From Mobula hypostoma (Eukaryota): a stretch of 64,000 bases of DNA. Of this stretch, positions 26,436 through 39,085 are shown one piece after another. Position numbers and translations under genes: made by a program. Every line of letters starts with the position of its first letter. Positions within the stretch are counted from its first letter, which is position 1. Below the pieces are notes generated by a model. It saw only the letters and a program-made list of their open reading frames with translations. It made no database searches and was not told the origin of the DNA. The stretch lies in contig NC_086121.1 of assembly GCF_963921235.1 (NCBI RefSeq), forward strand, positions 17,732,001 through 17,796,000, written 5' to 3'.

Positions 26436-29400
26436 CCACCTGATGGAAGATGGCCATCACCCACATGCCTGGGTTTTGTCTCCCTTGGTTCACCTGTATC
26501 CCCTTCCCACCTGGTACTATCTGCTCTTCATCCCTCCAATATATGGCTGAATTTATAAACCTCCCAGTCTCCATTTTACCTGTCTGGCTCCATATTTTAC
26601 TTGCTCTCCATCCCACCCAAAACCTCCACAGATACAGCTTGATCTGCTAGGTTCTTCCAGCAGTTTTTTTTAGCTAAAAGAATTTTGATATAACAGTCAA
26701 GTGGATTGTGGTTTATATAAGGGTTTTGTAAACACATGTAGTACAATGCCACAATATAGGGGGAACATCAAGATTGGAGCCCATGAAATAAATGAGGAGT
26801 AATATGACTAGAAAATTTGCCAAGTGACAGGAAATGTGTTTTGGCTCAAGAGAATTATGTAGTGGAGTTCTCCTTTGGTATTAGAATGACTGCTTCTCTA
26901 ACCACGTGTTAAAGACTTGAATTTGTATGTGGAAGAGCACAGTTTCAAAATATGCAGATGACACTAAACTTGAAAGTGCAGTGCACCAGAAGGGAATAGT
27001 AATGGTAAAAGGAATGGCTGAATGACCAATATATGGTAGGTGGAAAAAGATGCCAAGTGCTAGATTTTGTTGGGAAGAACGTGGAGAGATGGTATAAACA
27101 AGGTACAATGCAAGGGGACACTGGGATTGTTATCACTGAAAGTGGCAGGCAGATTGATAAAGTGGTTAAAGTCTTGGAAATCTGGACTTTATAAATAAGC
27201 ACATAGATTTCAGGAGCAAAAGTAGCCACCATGATCCCAAACCATTTACAACTGGAATATAGCATTGTGCGCCAAATTTTATGAAATAACTGAAAGTCTT
27301 AGCTAGGAGCATCTAGGGTAGGGTTGCAGGTGGAATGAATAAGATTGGAAAGGAAGCTGATATTTGAAATCATGAAGGGTCTAGGTATAAAGTAACTTCC
27401 ATTGTCAGAAAAGTCCAGAACCAGAAGTCATAGAATGAAAGTGATTAGCCTAAGAGTCAAAAATAACATGAGGTAACGTTTTATACAGTAAGTCATAAGA
27501 ATCTAGAATGTACTGGTAGTGGGTGGTATAGCAGTAGACTCATTCACAAAGTTTAAAAGGAAAGCTGATGGTACTTGAAAGAAAAACAAGTAGGGGCAAG
27601 GAAAGAAGGTGGGGAAGTAGGACTAGTTGGATCGCTCTTGCTTGAAGTCAGTACAACTTAATGGGTTGAATGGCCTCCTTCCCTGATGGCCACTAAAATT
27701 CTATATATTTTAAAAAAACATTACTTTGAACATAGAAAATTCAAGTGAACACCAACAGCTATAAGTTAGACTTGTATCATTTTCATTGTCTTTCAGGTAT
27801 CTCCAGATAACTGACCTGAGTGTAGTTTGTGGGTGTTGTCTCGATTTTTCCTGCTACAGGATCTGATCATGTGATGTCCCATCAAAACCTGGATGCTCGC
27901 ATGGGAATGAAGGAAGACAGACCCTTGTCAGATTGTGATGATCAAATAAATATATAGGATGCAAGCTCATTTTCTCCACAGAATGCAGTAAAAACTGTGA
28001 TCTCAGCCCTAGATTGTTGCATGTGTTTGGGATTCACTGCTTGAAAGTAAGAGCAACGCTCTGGGTTTTGTTGTTTACCTATTCCAGTCAAGAGATTTGA
28101 CTGACTCAGTTAACTTAATGTGTCAGAGCTTTTACCTACAACCCATGCTCTAAAACCCATTTATGTAGATCTAAAAGCCAAATGACCTTTTAAGACAATT
28201 AAGTGCAATCAGAACTAACACTGTATACAGCTAGGTTCTGTTTAGTGATTTGACTATAAATTACAAATAACAATTCAGTATAAAACTTTCATGGAGACTT
28301 TCATTTTTTAAAAATCCCTCAGCAAATGCATTCTAAATTGCTGTTTCCTCTGGAATGCAATGGTTGGAGGACTAGTCAAAGGTTGATTGTCAATGGTAGG
28401 GGTCCATGGCATAAAAAAGGTTGGGAACCCCTGTTGTAGATTATATAATTGGGAATTGAAACATAATAGGGTTAGTTGAATCTGAGGAAAAGAGTTTTGC
28501 TTTAAAGATGGGTTATTGTCTTGCCAACAACCTGCAACAAATGCTAATTCCAAATAAAGAAAATGCCAGAAGAACTGATCGTAGCCAAATCCCACAGGAT
28601 ACTAACAATGAGTGAACACTCCAAGGCACGTGCACAGCACTGACATTGCCTGGGAATTCTGTTGGGGTATAGAAATGCAGATCTTTAATACGTACTGTTT
28701 GTAGCTGCAGTGAATCTCTATGCATTCAACAATGTCAATTTAACATACATATTGTAATAAAGAAATAAAATTAACAAAATCTGAAATGTTGGAGCAGGGC
28801 AAGATGCATATCTAAATCTTTGTCTTCCAATTACTTTTTCCTTGCAGAATCCATCGAGAAGTTGAGTTACTTCAGGCCATTAAGCAAAAAAGACCAACAA
28901 ATATACCTTTTTAGAGCCACAAAGATTACACATGTTGTAATCTGGAGCAACAAGCAAGATGTTGTAGGAATTCAGCACCTATGTAGCCAAATGGATGGTT
29001 GATGTTTCGGATCAAGAAACTTCACCTGGACTGGGCATTCTGGTTTCAATCCAAAGCATCGACTATCCTACCCCCACAGATGCTGTCTGACCTGCTGAAT
29101 TCCTCCAGCATCTTGTTATTGTACCTTTTTATTAAGGGTGCAGCAAATATAAATCAAAATCATTACAAATGTATATCATTCAGTTGCTTGACAGATTTGA
29201 AGTGTATCTTTTCAATTTTCGTTACATTCTGTGTACCTGATTGTAGGTGATGAGTTTGTACAAGTGTGATCAGCCTAACTGTTCTATATCATACTGATTT
29301 AAAATCTAAATTACCTTTCATGAATGGTGTGAGGTTTAAACATTTCTACAGCTGACACACAACTCTCCTATTTCCCAGTGTTCAGAACCCTGCTGGAGAT

Positions 29401-30379
29401 GTATCATTGTATAAAAATACCTTTATATAAACCTTCCAGGGAAGAAAAAAGGGGGGAAAAAAGCCTTTCACAGTGTTTCTCTTTTTATTCACTGGAAATC
29501 TGAGAGTGGATAAACAGCTCGCGGAATTCCTCCTTTAACCTCAGTTAAACAATGAAAAAGAATGTTCACTGTAACCTGGGTCTTAACTATCAAAAAGCAA
29601 AGAGGTAAAGCTGAGAAAATTCAGGGTAAAGTGAAAAGGCAGTTAAACATTTAGATGCATTGGGTAAAATGAATTGTGGAATAATTACCAAAAAAGTACA
29701 CAAGTAAGTCCTAGAGAGCAAAAGCATGGAAGGTTAGTGACGGGCAGTGAATTGCTGGGTTCAATGACCTTGCACTGTAAAGCTTATCCTCATAAATACC
29801 GGTGGTATTTTCCTGTGATAAACTGTAGATTAAGATTCCGTAATTATCTATTCTGTATCAAATGCATTGAACATTTTGGTTAAGTAATTCAGTAAGGTAT
29901 ACCAAAAGTATCGGTTAACATTGCAACATTATCATGTGCCAAAGTTACAAAAGTAAATATCATATGTTTTATTTTGGGCGGTAGCAATGATAATTTTATA
30001 GGATAAACTGCAGAGAAAACAATCTCATTTAGCTAATGATAGAATTTTCTGTGTTCTGTGACTCCTACCCTCTCAATATTTTATCTGAGAAAATTCACTC
30101 ACTGATTTGTCAAAAAATCTGGCAACAGTTTTGCAGAAAGATGAATTCAGATGATTGCATGGTGCATTTTAAAATTTATTTATAGAACCAGTATTGGCTC
30201 TATATTTTTAAACATTTTATATATTTAAATAGAAATGTGTCCACAACAAGTTCAAAGTAATTAGGGGAAATTTCATTAGTAATGGAAAGAGACACGAAAA
30301 CTTTCTCCCTTCCCCCATTCCAAACAACAGACTCTACCAGCACCAAAAACTGGTTAACTACTACCATAACTAGCAGGTT

Positions 30380-30807
30380 AGGGATAATTATGGGATGCAT
30401 GGTTACCGGGGCAACCAGACGAAACGTCACAACTGGGCATGTGCGTTCCAATTTTTTCTCTCCCCTCTTTCTGTCTCTTTTTTTGGATTATTTTCAGCCG
30501 GGGGGCTGAGGAGATTTTTTTTTGTTGGTGTGTGGCGGCCATTTTTCCACCTCACCCTGACAAATCTGTCAATATAGTCACTCCATCCGCTTCTGTCCTT
30601 CTTAAAATATCCAACAAGAGCTCCCTCCTGTCTTTTATTCATTTAGTTGTTTTTTTTTAAAAAAAAGAGCCTCCTTATTTGCATTTCCTTCCTTTAAATG
30701 TATGTTTCCTTTTCAGGATATTTATTAATGTAAATTTTCTGTGACCACCCCCTCCAACACCTTCATTTCTCTTCAAATACAAATATATATATATAACTTA
30801 ACATTCA
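30380..30807 (+). promoter_or_regulatory. CHD5: Putative CHD5 promoter/5'UTR
   Basis: No recognisable repeats; RFX X-box GTTACCGGGGCAAC (30402-30415), CRE half-site ACGTCA, YY1-like GGCCATTTT; CpG-rich patch at 31030-31240 in intron 1. Confidence 0.5.
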
Positions 30808-30868
30808 ATGATGCCGGCATCTTTTGGCAATGAGGAGGACGGGATGGAAAACGATGAGGGAGCCCCAG
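30808..30868 (+). CDS. CHD5: CHD5 coding exon 1 (MMPASFGNEEDGMENDEGAP)
   Basis: Resembles the human N-terminus (EEMENEDE); GTAGGT donor; phase 1 matches the next exon. Confidence 0.75.
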
Positions 30869-32449
30869 GTAGGTGCTGATGAGGTTCTCATTAATAATCA
30901 TTTTCATGCTCAAGTTGTTGGCGCAAAAAGATTAGAGTAATAGCCAGGCAACAGCCCCTTTTATATTCTACATGTAAATAAGAACATATATTTCTGAAAG
31001 AAACTACAGCTCCGCAGTGGAATACCGGCAACTTTAGGGTTTGGTCAAGCCCGGAGTGTCTGCAGAAAGTGTATGGAGGAGCTTGAGCGGGAGTCAGGGC
31101 CGCGGGAAGCCGCGATTCGGGGGGCTTTTCCTCGGTCTAATTTGCAAGTTTTTTTTGTCGGCCTCCGCTCCCTTACAGCCGCCGCCGGCACTTTGTGCTC
31201 GATGCGAACCGATGACAGACAGGGGTCTGGAGCCAGTAAAGGGTTGATGCAAACGCAAGACTGATCTTTTGTTTCTGCTAATTTTAGAAAAATATTCTTA
31301 TCCGCGCCTTTAAAATAGAAAGTGGCCGTTAAAGTAGTCCGTTGAATATTAACAAAGAAACGGGGACAGTTCACCAAACCGGAGTTCATGATATAATATC
31401 TGCGTATTTTTTTCTGAAATTCTGCATGTTTATTTTAAAAATTGATAAATCAATAGAGCAAACAGTATTCATATCTAAATTGCAATGTAATTGCTTTTTA
31501 TAATACACCAACCTGTGATCTTGTTTTTAATAGCCATCCCCACCAATAATTATAAATTAACATTGCGATGACATTTGCTGCAATTTTCACACTGGATACA
31601 TGCCTGTCTGAAAACATTGTTGTTTTTAGTCTCAAGATGCAAATGATTAATCTCAACACGGGTTTTAATTTTAGTGATCTTTTACTTGTTGCATTTGCTG
31701 GATACATGAAAGAGGGGGGCAATTTCAGAGTAGGAGTAATGTTTTTTTGGAGGAATGCTTTAATGTTGAAATATCGCACCGCTAGTTACTAATCCTTGCA
31801 TTGCATTTTGAGGCAGAAACTGTAGTTTTTTTAAAAGTTTTGTAAGTGACATTTCTGGGGTGGGTAAAAGTTTGGGGTTTGCATTCAATGATTTGTGGTC
31901 TAATTTGCCCCATTAGCTGCCCATCTCTCCATCTCTCCCGTGAAGTACAAATGTTATTCAAAGCAGGCTCATTATGACGTCACAAAGCCGGCTGCAGCCT
32001 ACCCTGCTGATGTTTGGAGCCCCGCCTCCATCTTTGCCTTCCCATTGGCCCGGAGAGTATTGCCCAGCTTTGTGATAGGTCAGTCGCAGACATCGGATAG
32101 GTTAGGTTGAGCGGCACTGAATGTAGCAATTACTTACTGCATATGCAAAAGGCAGAGAGAGAAAAAAATCTTTTGTTTCAGATGTTTCATCGCTCAGGAT
32201 TACTCCTGTTGCTTGACACCATTGCCTGTCAGTGGATGTTACATTCCTGCTAAATTTCCTTTTTTATTTTCACTCTTCACTGATGGTGATAAGATCTTCG
32301 TTAATATTTCGCCCAAGCGTCTGCTTTATTTAGAACCAGTTGCCATGAATGATATGTCCAGATGCGCGACTGCATGGAGGACATCCCCACACCCACACAC
32401 CATATGTACACGGACGAGGACATAGAAACAGATCATATTATTCCCCAAG

Positions 32450-32660
32450 CAACACACACAAAATGCTGGGGGAATTCAGCAGGCCAGGCAACATCTTTGG
32501 GAAAGAGTGAACGGTCGACGTTTCGGGCCGAGGCCCTTCTTCAGGTCTGGAAAAGAAGGGGAGAAGTCAGGCTGAACTTCTGACTAAAGGCAGAAGTTCC
32601 TCCAGCATTTTGCGTGTTGCTTTGGATTTCCAGCATCTGCAGATTTTCTCGTGTTTGCGG
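32450..32660. mobile_element. Fold-back PLE-derived insertion with minus-strand hammerhead core (32513-32548)
   Basis: Duplication TATTATTCC(C/T)CAAG (32436-32449, 32661-32674); reverse complement core CTGAAGA-agggcctcggccc-GAAA-cGTC; helix I mismatched. Confidence 0.8.
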
Positions 32661-33044
32661 TATTATTCCTCAAGTTTACTCTGTCTTTCAGGAATATTAC
32701 GTGCGTTCTTATAGTGACTTTAGCTCCACTTTCCTGCCGGCCCCGTGTTTACCCTTGATTCCGCCAGTCACAAAAAACGTCTTGGTACATAATTACGTCA
32801 GCTCTCTGGGCAAGAATGTCGTAACATTGATAATGGTAGACACAAAGAAAACTTTCTTCATCTTAAATGAGTATTTTCCTTATAGGCGAAACATCCTTGC
32901 AGCAGCTAATATATCAGATCCCTTAGAATCCTGCCTCTTATTCTTTGCAAACTTGAGAGAGATAGGCCCAGAGGACTCATTCTTCCCACACAGATTCCAG
33001 TGCAACTATATCCTTAAGTAGAGACTAAAATTGTCTGCAGTACA

Positions 33045-33520
33045 CCATAAGACATAGAGTAAAATTAAACCATCCATTCCATCAAGTCTTCTCCACCATT
33101 CAATTATGGATGACTTACTTTCCTTCTCAAACCCATTCTCCTGCCTTCTCCCCGAAATCTTTGAGGCTCTATCAACTCTGCTTTAAATATGCCAATTGAC
33201 TTTGCCTCCACAGCCATCTATGACAATGAGCTCCACAAATTCACTACCCTTTCGATAAAGAAATTCCTCCTCATCTCCGCTGTAAAAGGAAGTCCTTCTA
33301 CTCTGAGGCTGTGTCCTCTAATCCTTGAATGTCTCACTATTGGAGCCATCCTCTTCACATCCATTCTGTCTAGGCCTTTCAACATTTGGTGGGTGTCAAT
33401 GAGAATCCTCCTCCCCCCCCCCCACTGCATTCTTCTAAACTCCAACAAGTACAGGCCCAGAGCCATCACACACTTCTCATATGTTGACCCTCTTATTCCA
33501 GGATTCATTTTCCTCTGGGC
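33045..33520 (-). mobile_element. CR1 LINE 3' fragment
   Basis: ORF 33218-33565 reads YEKCVMALGLYLLEFRRM...RGHSLRV...RRNFFIERVVNLW. Confidence 0.85.
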
Positions 33521-36106
33521 ACACTGTAACCTTTTCTTAGAGCTGGCAACACCAAAGTCCTGCACAACAGAAAAAGACCTTTATACTTTTTTTTACTCTT
33601 ATACCTATAACTCTTGTAGTCCATCCCCATTGTAGAAAAGGCCTGCATTCTGTTTGCTTTTCTCTGTTATTACTGTACCTGTGTGCTAACATTTCTTGTA
33701 TGAGGACACATTTTTGTTTTGCATCAGCATTCATTAATCACACAAAGTTTAAAATATCAGTTTTTCCAGCAAATTATCAAACAAGTGGATAATTTTACAT
33801 TCTTTATTTTCTTGCTTTCCTACCAATTTTTGCATTAGTAAACTTGTATAAAATACACTTGCCCCCTTTGTCCATCCATAACTCAGATTGGAAATTGCTA
33901 AAGTACTCTGTCCTTTGCCATTTATCAACCTGAAGATGACCCATAATCTGTACTTCCTGTTAACTGTCCGTTAACCAATTTTCTATCCATGTTAATGTTA
34001 TTTTCAGTTTTTGTGGTGTCACCTTTTGTGTGATTCCTTTTGGAAAACCAAATGCACTACAGCTATTAGATCCCCTTTAACTAACCTGGTAGAAGATCAC
34101 GTTTCCTCTGATTAACCATATTATAACTTCCTATGTGCCCTTTTAGTACTTCCTTTAAAATGGGATCTAATATTTTTGCTATCTGGCCTATTGCTTCTTG
34201 CTATCTTTCTCATTCCCTTTTTGGAAAATGATATTGTATTTGTAGTTTGCCAATCTGCAGGGACCTCTTCAAAATCTAGGGAACAATGGAAATCAAATCT
34301 ATTACCACAAATATCTCTGAATGCCCCAGGATGATTTGTAGCCTGTGAAATTCTTTTGAAGTTTAGCTGGGATATGAGGAAATGTGGTAGGCAATTGGCT
34401 CGGAGAAGAGTCAGGTAATTCATTGTGACAATGAATTGATAGTGTTTTTGTGCAAAGTTATTGGAGACATCAGCATTGACAAGGACGTCAGGGATAACTT
34501 TTCAAAACACGTTTGGAAGCATTTGGCAGGCCCGGCAGCATCTATGGGTGTTCTTAATGCTCTGAGCTGTGACCTTTAATTGGTTTATCTCTTCTTGAAA
34601 AAGGTTATCTCTCTCCACAGATGCTGCCTGACCATTTTGCCTTTGCTTCAATAGAATGTCTGCTCCTCAAATAATTGCCATTAGGTTTGCTCTATTTGAA
34701 CAGGGACATTCGGGCCTCAGTTTAATATCTCATTCAAACATGGGTTGGTCTAACAGCTCGGTGCCTACTGCATGAAAGAGCCAGGTTGGAGTTTTTGCCC
34801 AGAACTTTGGAGTGGACAACTCAAAGCCACCATTTTCTGACATGGAGGCAACAGTGTCATTCACTGACCAATAACTAACACTATGAGTCATGTTTAGTCA
34901 GAAGTATACCCAGTGTTAACTGCTACCCTGAACATTTTGACTGTTAACTCTTCGGAACAGCATTCTCCTGTTTTATCTTGATACATATACATCCTGCTGG
35001 TTTTAATTTCCACTCACATTGGCTTTGCACACTAGTTCTGCACTTGTAGGTATTTTTCATTTATATCTGTGGGAATTACACTGGCCTTTGTGAAGTATGT
35101 GGATTATTTATCCTTCTGACCTACAGAATTCTGTGCTTGTAAAAGAATCTCATAAACAAGTTTACCAACAACAGAAAGGTAGACGGCATTATGAGCAGGT
35201 ATAAGCAAGTATTAAATTTTCAAAGATGCACTGTCCGTTAAGCAAATGAGCAAAACTGGCAAATTGTGGGTGGGTGAGAGGTCATCCACTTTAAGGATCA
35301 AACAGGGTTGATCAGAGTGCTTTATTAATAGTGAAGAACTAGAAATTATAGAAATTCAAAAGCTTAATGTATTTTGAGTATTATATTCCAACCTCAGATA
35401 ATGAGCAGAATGAGATAAAGATGACTATACTGTATAGACTTGGGTTACAAATCGACAAATATCTCATTGAATGATGCAACAGGTTTGGGGAATTAAACCA
35501 TCTGCTTCTGTGCCTATATTTTTGTTCTTTATAGCTGTCGATGTAACCTTTGTCCTGCACAGATTGACTAATGAACCTTAACAGCAGAAAGGTTATTCCT
35601 CATTTAGATAAAACCACCAATGTGAGACCGTATCTAGACAACAATGTATTGTATTTTTTCTCCTGATGGGAGCATAAGGTCCTGGGGAGTGTTGACACGG
35701 TGGATGTGGAGAGGATCTTTTCTCTTCTGGGATTATCTCAGAGTAGGGGGTCACTATTTATAGGTAAGGTGTCACCTCTTTATGACAGAAAAAAAGCTAC
35801 TTTTCTCTGCAGTTTGTGAATCTTTGAATCTCCCTTCCTCGTAGATTAATGGAAGAAGAATCTTTTTAGAGGTAGACAGGTTGCTTATAAGCAAGGCGGT
35901 GAAGAGTTATTGTGGATAAGTGAGAATATGGAGCCGAGGTTAGCTGTGGAGGGGCTGAGTGCCGTGAACTCTAGTGTTTATGTTGTTCCTGGGTGTACCA
36001 TGGCCCTAGGTACATTGCTAGACCTTGTTCTGAGCAGCAGCATTGTGGTTCATATTCCACGAAGAAAGCTGGCTAATTTAAATTCAATTAATGAAATAAT
36101 CTAGAA

Positions 36107-36186
36107 CAGGGGTTCCCAACATGGTGTCCACAGACCCCACGGTTAATGGTAGGGGTCCATGGCATAAAAATGGTTTGGAAACTCTG
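36107..36186. mobile_element. hAT (Charlie-like) MITE
   Basis: CAGGGGTTCCCAAC...GTTTGGAAACTCTG TIRs; imperfect 8-bp duplication ATCTAGAA/ATCTCGAG. Confidence 0.65.
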
Positions 36187-37124
36187 ATCTCGAGGAAAAT
36201 ATAGTATTAGTCACCATCACCATGAAATTACTGCAGTATTGTAAAAACTGACCTGATTTGCTCATGTCCCGCATTGAAGGAAATCTGACATTATGAGAAC
36301 CCAGATCTGAAGCAATTCGGGCCTCATAACATGGCACATCAAGCCACTCAAGTCTATCAAAATGCTGTGACAAAGCATAAGGAATAGCTTTTGATGAATT
36401 GGACATTGGATTTAGATATGGCAAAGGCACATTTAGCCAGTTACATCTGTAAAGACTCCCATGTGAACTTCTGGGGATGTGCATAACTAGAGTTATTTCA
36501 CAGATTATTCAAACAATGTTCTGACGCAGCCACACTTGGAATTACAGCTTTTAGCTCTCTCAGAGTTTGTTCTCAGTTATGTTCATTCCCATCCTTGGTG
36601 CCAGAGCAGCTCTGGGTTGCTCCAACAATGACTCCAGATCCATAACGTTTTATCCTTAAGTGAGCTCAGGCAAGGAGCTCTCTTGCTGATTTCATCTGCC
36701 TGATGGATCCATTTTCTTACACATCAGAAGGGTCACTCACAGCAGCACACTTTGGATAGGGAACCTCGTAGTCTTGCCACCTAATGTTGACTGTCAGGAA
36801 GTTGGCTGGATTCTGAAGTACATCTCAGAAGCATCTAGACAAGCATTTGAATTACCAATGCAGAGAAGGCCATGGACCAAATGTAGATAATTAAGTACAA
36901 TTACTAACATGGATGTAATAGGCTAGAGAATCTGTTCCTATGTTGTATGACTCCAACTTGCCAAACTTGATCAGCTCATGAGAAATCCTGCACTGGAGGT
37001 GAACATATTTGATCTCACCTTTGCCGAATTATCTGTCGTGGATGCATCTTTCCATTCGAGCATTGACAGGAGGGACCACAGTCCTTATGGAGAAAATTTC
37101 TGGCCTTCACACAAAGAGCACTGA

Positions 37125-37370
37125 CTACTTCCTCCTTCAGCTCTTTCACCTTTTGCCTCCCAGCTTCTTACTTCATTCCACCTTGCCCCCCGCCACCTGG
37201 TTTCACCTATCTCCAGCCAGCTGGTGCTCCTTACCTTCTCATACCACCTTTATTCTAGCTTCTTTTCCCCATTCCTTTAGAATCCTGATGAAGGGTCTCG
37301 ACCTGAAACATTGTCTCCTCTCCATAGATGCTGCCTGACTTGCTGGGTTTCTCCAGTATTGTGTGTGGAG
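37125..37370 (+). mobile_element. PLE terminal repeat with degenerate hammerhead
   Basis: CTGATGA(37285-37291)-agggtctcgacct-GAAA-cATT; cleavage triplet and helix I mutated. Confidence 0.7.
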
Positions 37371-37804
37371 CTACCGCCACTTTAAGTGGGAATGGTTGAA
37401 AATAGATCCAAGAGCTCAAACTGGGCATCCGTGAGCTACTGTATTGTTCATTAGCACCAATACGGTACTCCACCACAAGCACTAACCTCAGGGCCTGGCA
37501 TATCTCTTGCTTTACAAGTACCTTCAAACCTCGTTCGTGAAGGGGCAGCGGGGGCATGACAGAAACAACAGGGAACGAGGAGTGAACCTGAAACTATAAC
37601 ACAGGATGGTGTGCACTTCAGACAAAAGCTGCAGGCAGTTGATGGAGCTATATATTAGATCAAAGCTCTGGAGTCCCACTTCATCAGTGATGGTGGTGGA
37701 CAGTTGAAATGTCCTATTGGGGTTGATGCAGGTGGGAGGAAGCACCATGAACACCCTTGAACGTAATGACAGCAGGCCCAGGAGCCAAGTTCAGAAGACC
37801 TGTA

Positions 37805-38333
37805 CGCAATGGCTACTTTATTGGCTACCCCCTGTACCTAATAAAGTGGCCACTTAGTGCACGTTCGTGGCCTTCTGATGCTGTAGCCCAGCCAGTTCAA
37901 GGTTCAACGTGTTGTGCATTCAGAGGTGCTCTCCTCCACACCACCGTTGTAACATGTGGTTATTTAAGTTACTGTCACCTTCCTGTCAGCTTGAATCAGT
38001 CTGACCATTCTCCTCTCACCTCTCTCATCAACAAGGCCTCTTTGCCCACAGAACTAGATGTTTTCTTTTGCACCATTCTCCGTAAACCCTGAAGACTGAA
38101 AATCTCAAGAGATCAACAGTTTTTGAGATAATCAAGCCATCCTGTCCGGTGCCAACAATCAAAGTCACTTAGATCACATTTCTTCCCCATTCTGATGTTT
38201 GGCCTGAACAACAACTGAACTCTTGACCATGCCTGCATGCTTTTACCCATTGAGTTGATGCGACATGATTGGCTGATTTTGATACCTGTATTAATAACAG
38301 ATGTATGTGTACCTAATAAAGTGGCCACCGAGG
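37805..38333 (-). mobile_element. Tc1-like deletion derivative
   Basis: TIR GTGGCCACTTTATTAGGTAC; minus ORF includes NIRMGKKCDLSDFD (Tc1 transposase N-terminus). Confidence 0.75.
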
Positions 38334-38621
38334 GTCGGTGAAGCGTTTGCACCCATGTACAAAGTACAACATCCTTTGTGGCTGCTGACCTGCTCTTTGT
38401 CACAGAAGCCAGTTGATTCACTCCTGCTCTCAAGAAGTGGCTGTACACAAGCTATTTGCTCTGACAATATCCCAGATGCATTGTCGAAGCTATCCCCTGG
38501 AGCCAGCCGAGCAGCTCTCTGAATTGTTCCAGTACACTGCAACGTTGGGATCTGTCCCACAATATGGAAACTTGTCCAACCAAGTCTTGTCAACAAAATC
38601 AGGCCAGCAAGTTAATAACCA

Positions 38622-39085
38622 CCATACATCAAAGTTGCTGGTGAATGCAGCAGGCCAAGCAGCATCTATAGGAAGAGGCGCAGTCGACGTTTCAGGCCGA
38701 GACCCACCAGTCTCATCATTCTCAATACTGTGATGAAAAGGGTCTTTGAACGTGCTAATACATGGTCCTTGCTTGTCAATGACCTTGAGTGTCTTCACTC
38801 TAACTGTTCTGGCTAAGTAGCAATGAACAGCATTTTCTTCATTGTAATTGTTGTAAACGCTTTATTTTTAAATGGTTCTGATTATCCTTCCATGCTCTTC
38901 CACAACACCACTTTGCCTAGGAGGACCAGCATTGGCACCTTCACTGTCATTGGGTGCCCATTTGTCAAATTCTTGATCATCTGTCCTGACGAAGGGTCTC
39001 GGCCTGGAACATTATCTGTTTAATCCTCTCCATGGATGCTGCCTGACCTGCTGAGTTCCTCCAGGAATTTGTGTGTGCTGCTCTT
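38622..39085. mobile_element. Two PLE terminal-repeat fragments in opposite orientation (38622-38706 minus; 38983-39085 plus)
   Basis: The plus copy reads CTGACGA...GGAAC, i.e. GAAA mutated. Confidence 0.7.

Noticed and set aside
28971-28990. REST/RE1 site upstream of CHD5 (TTCAGCACC)
   Set aside because: Only the left half-site is present, and it lies within a decayed PLE end
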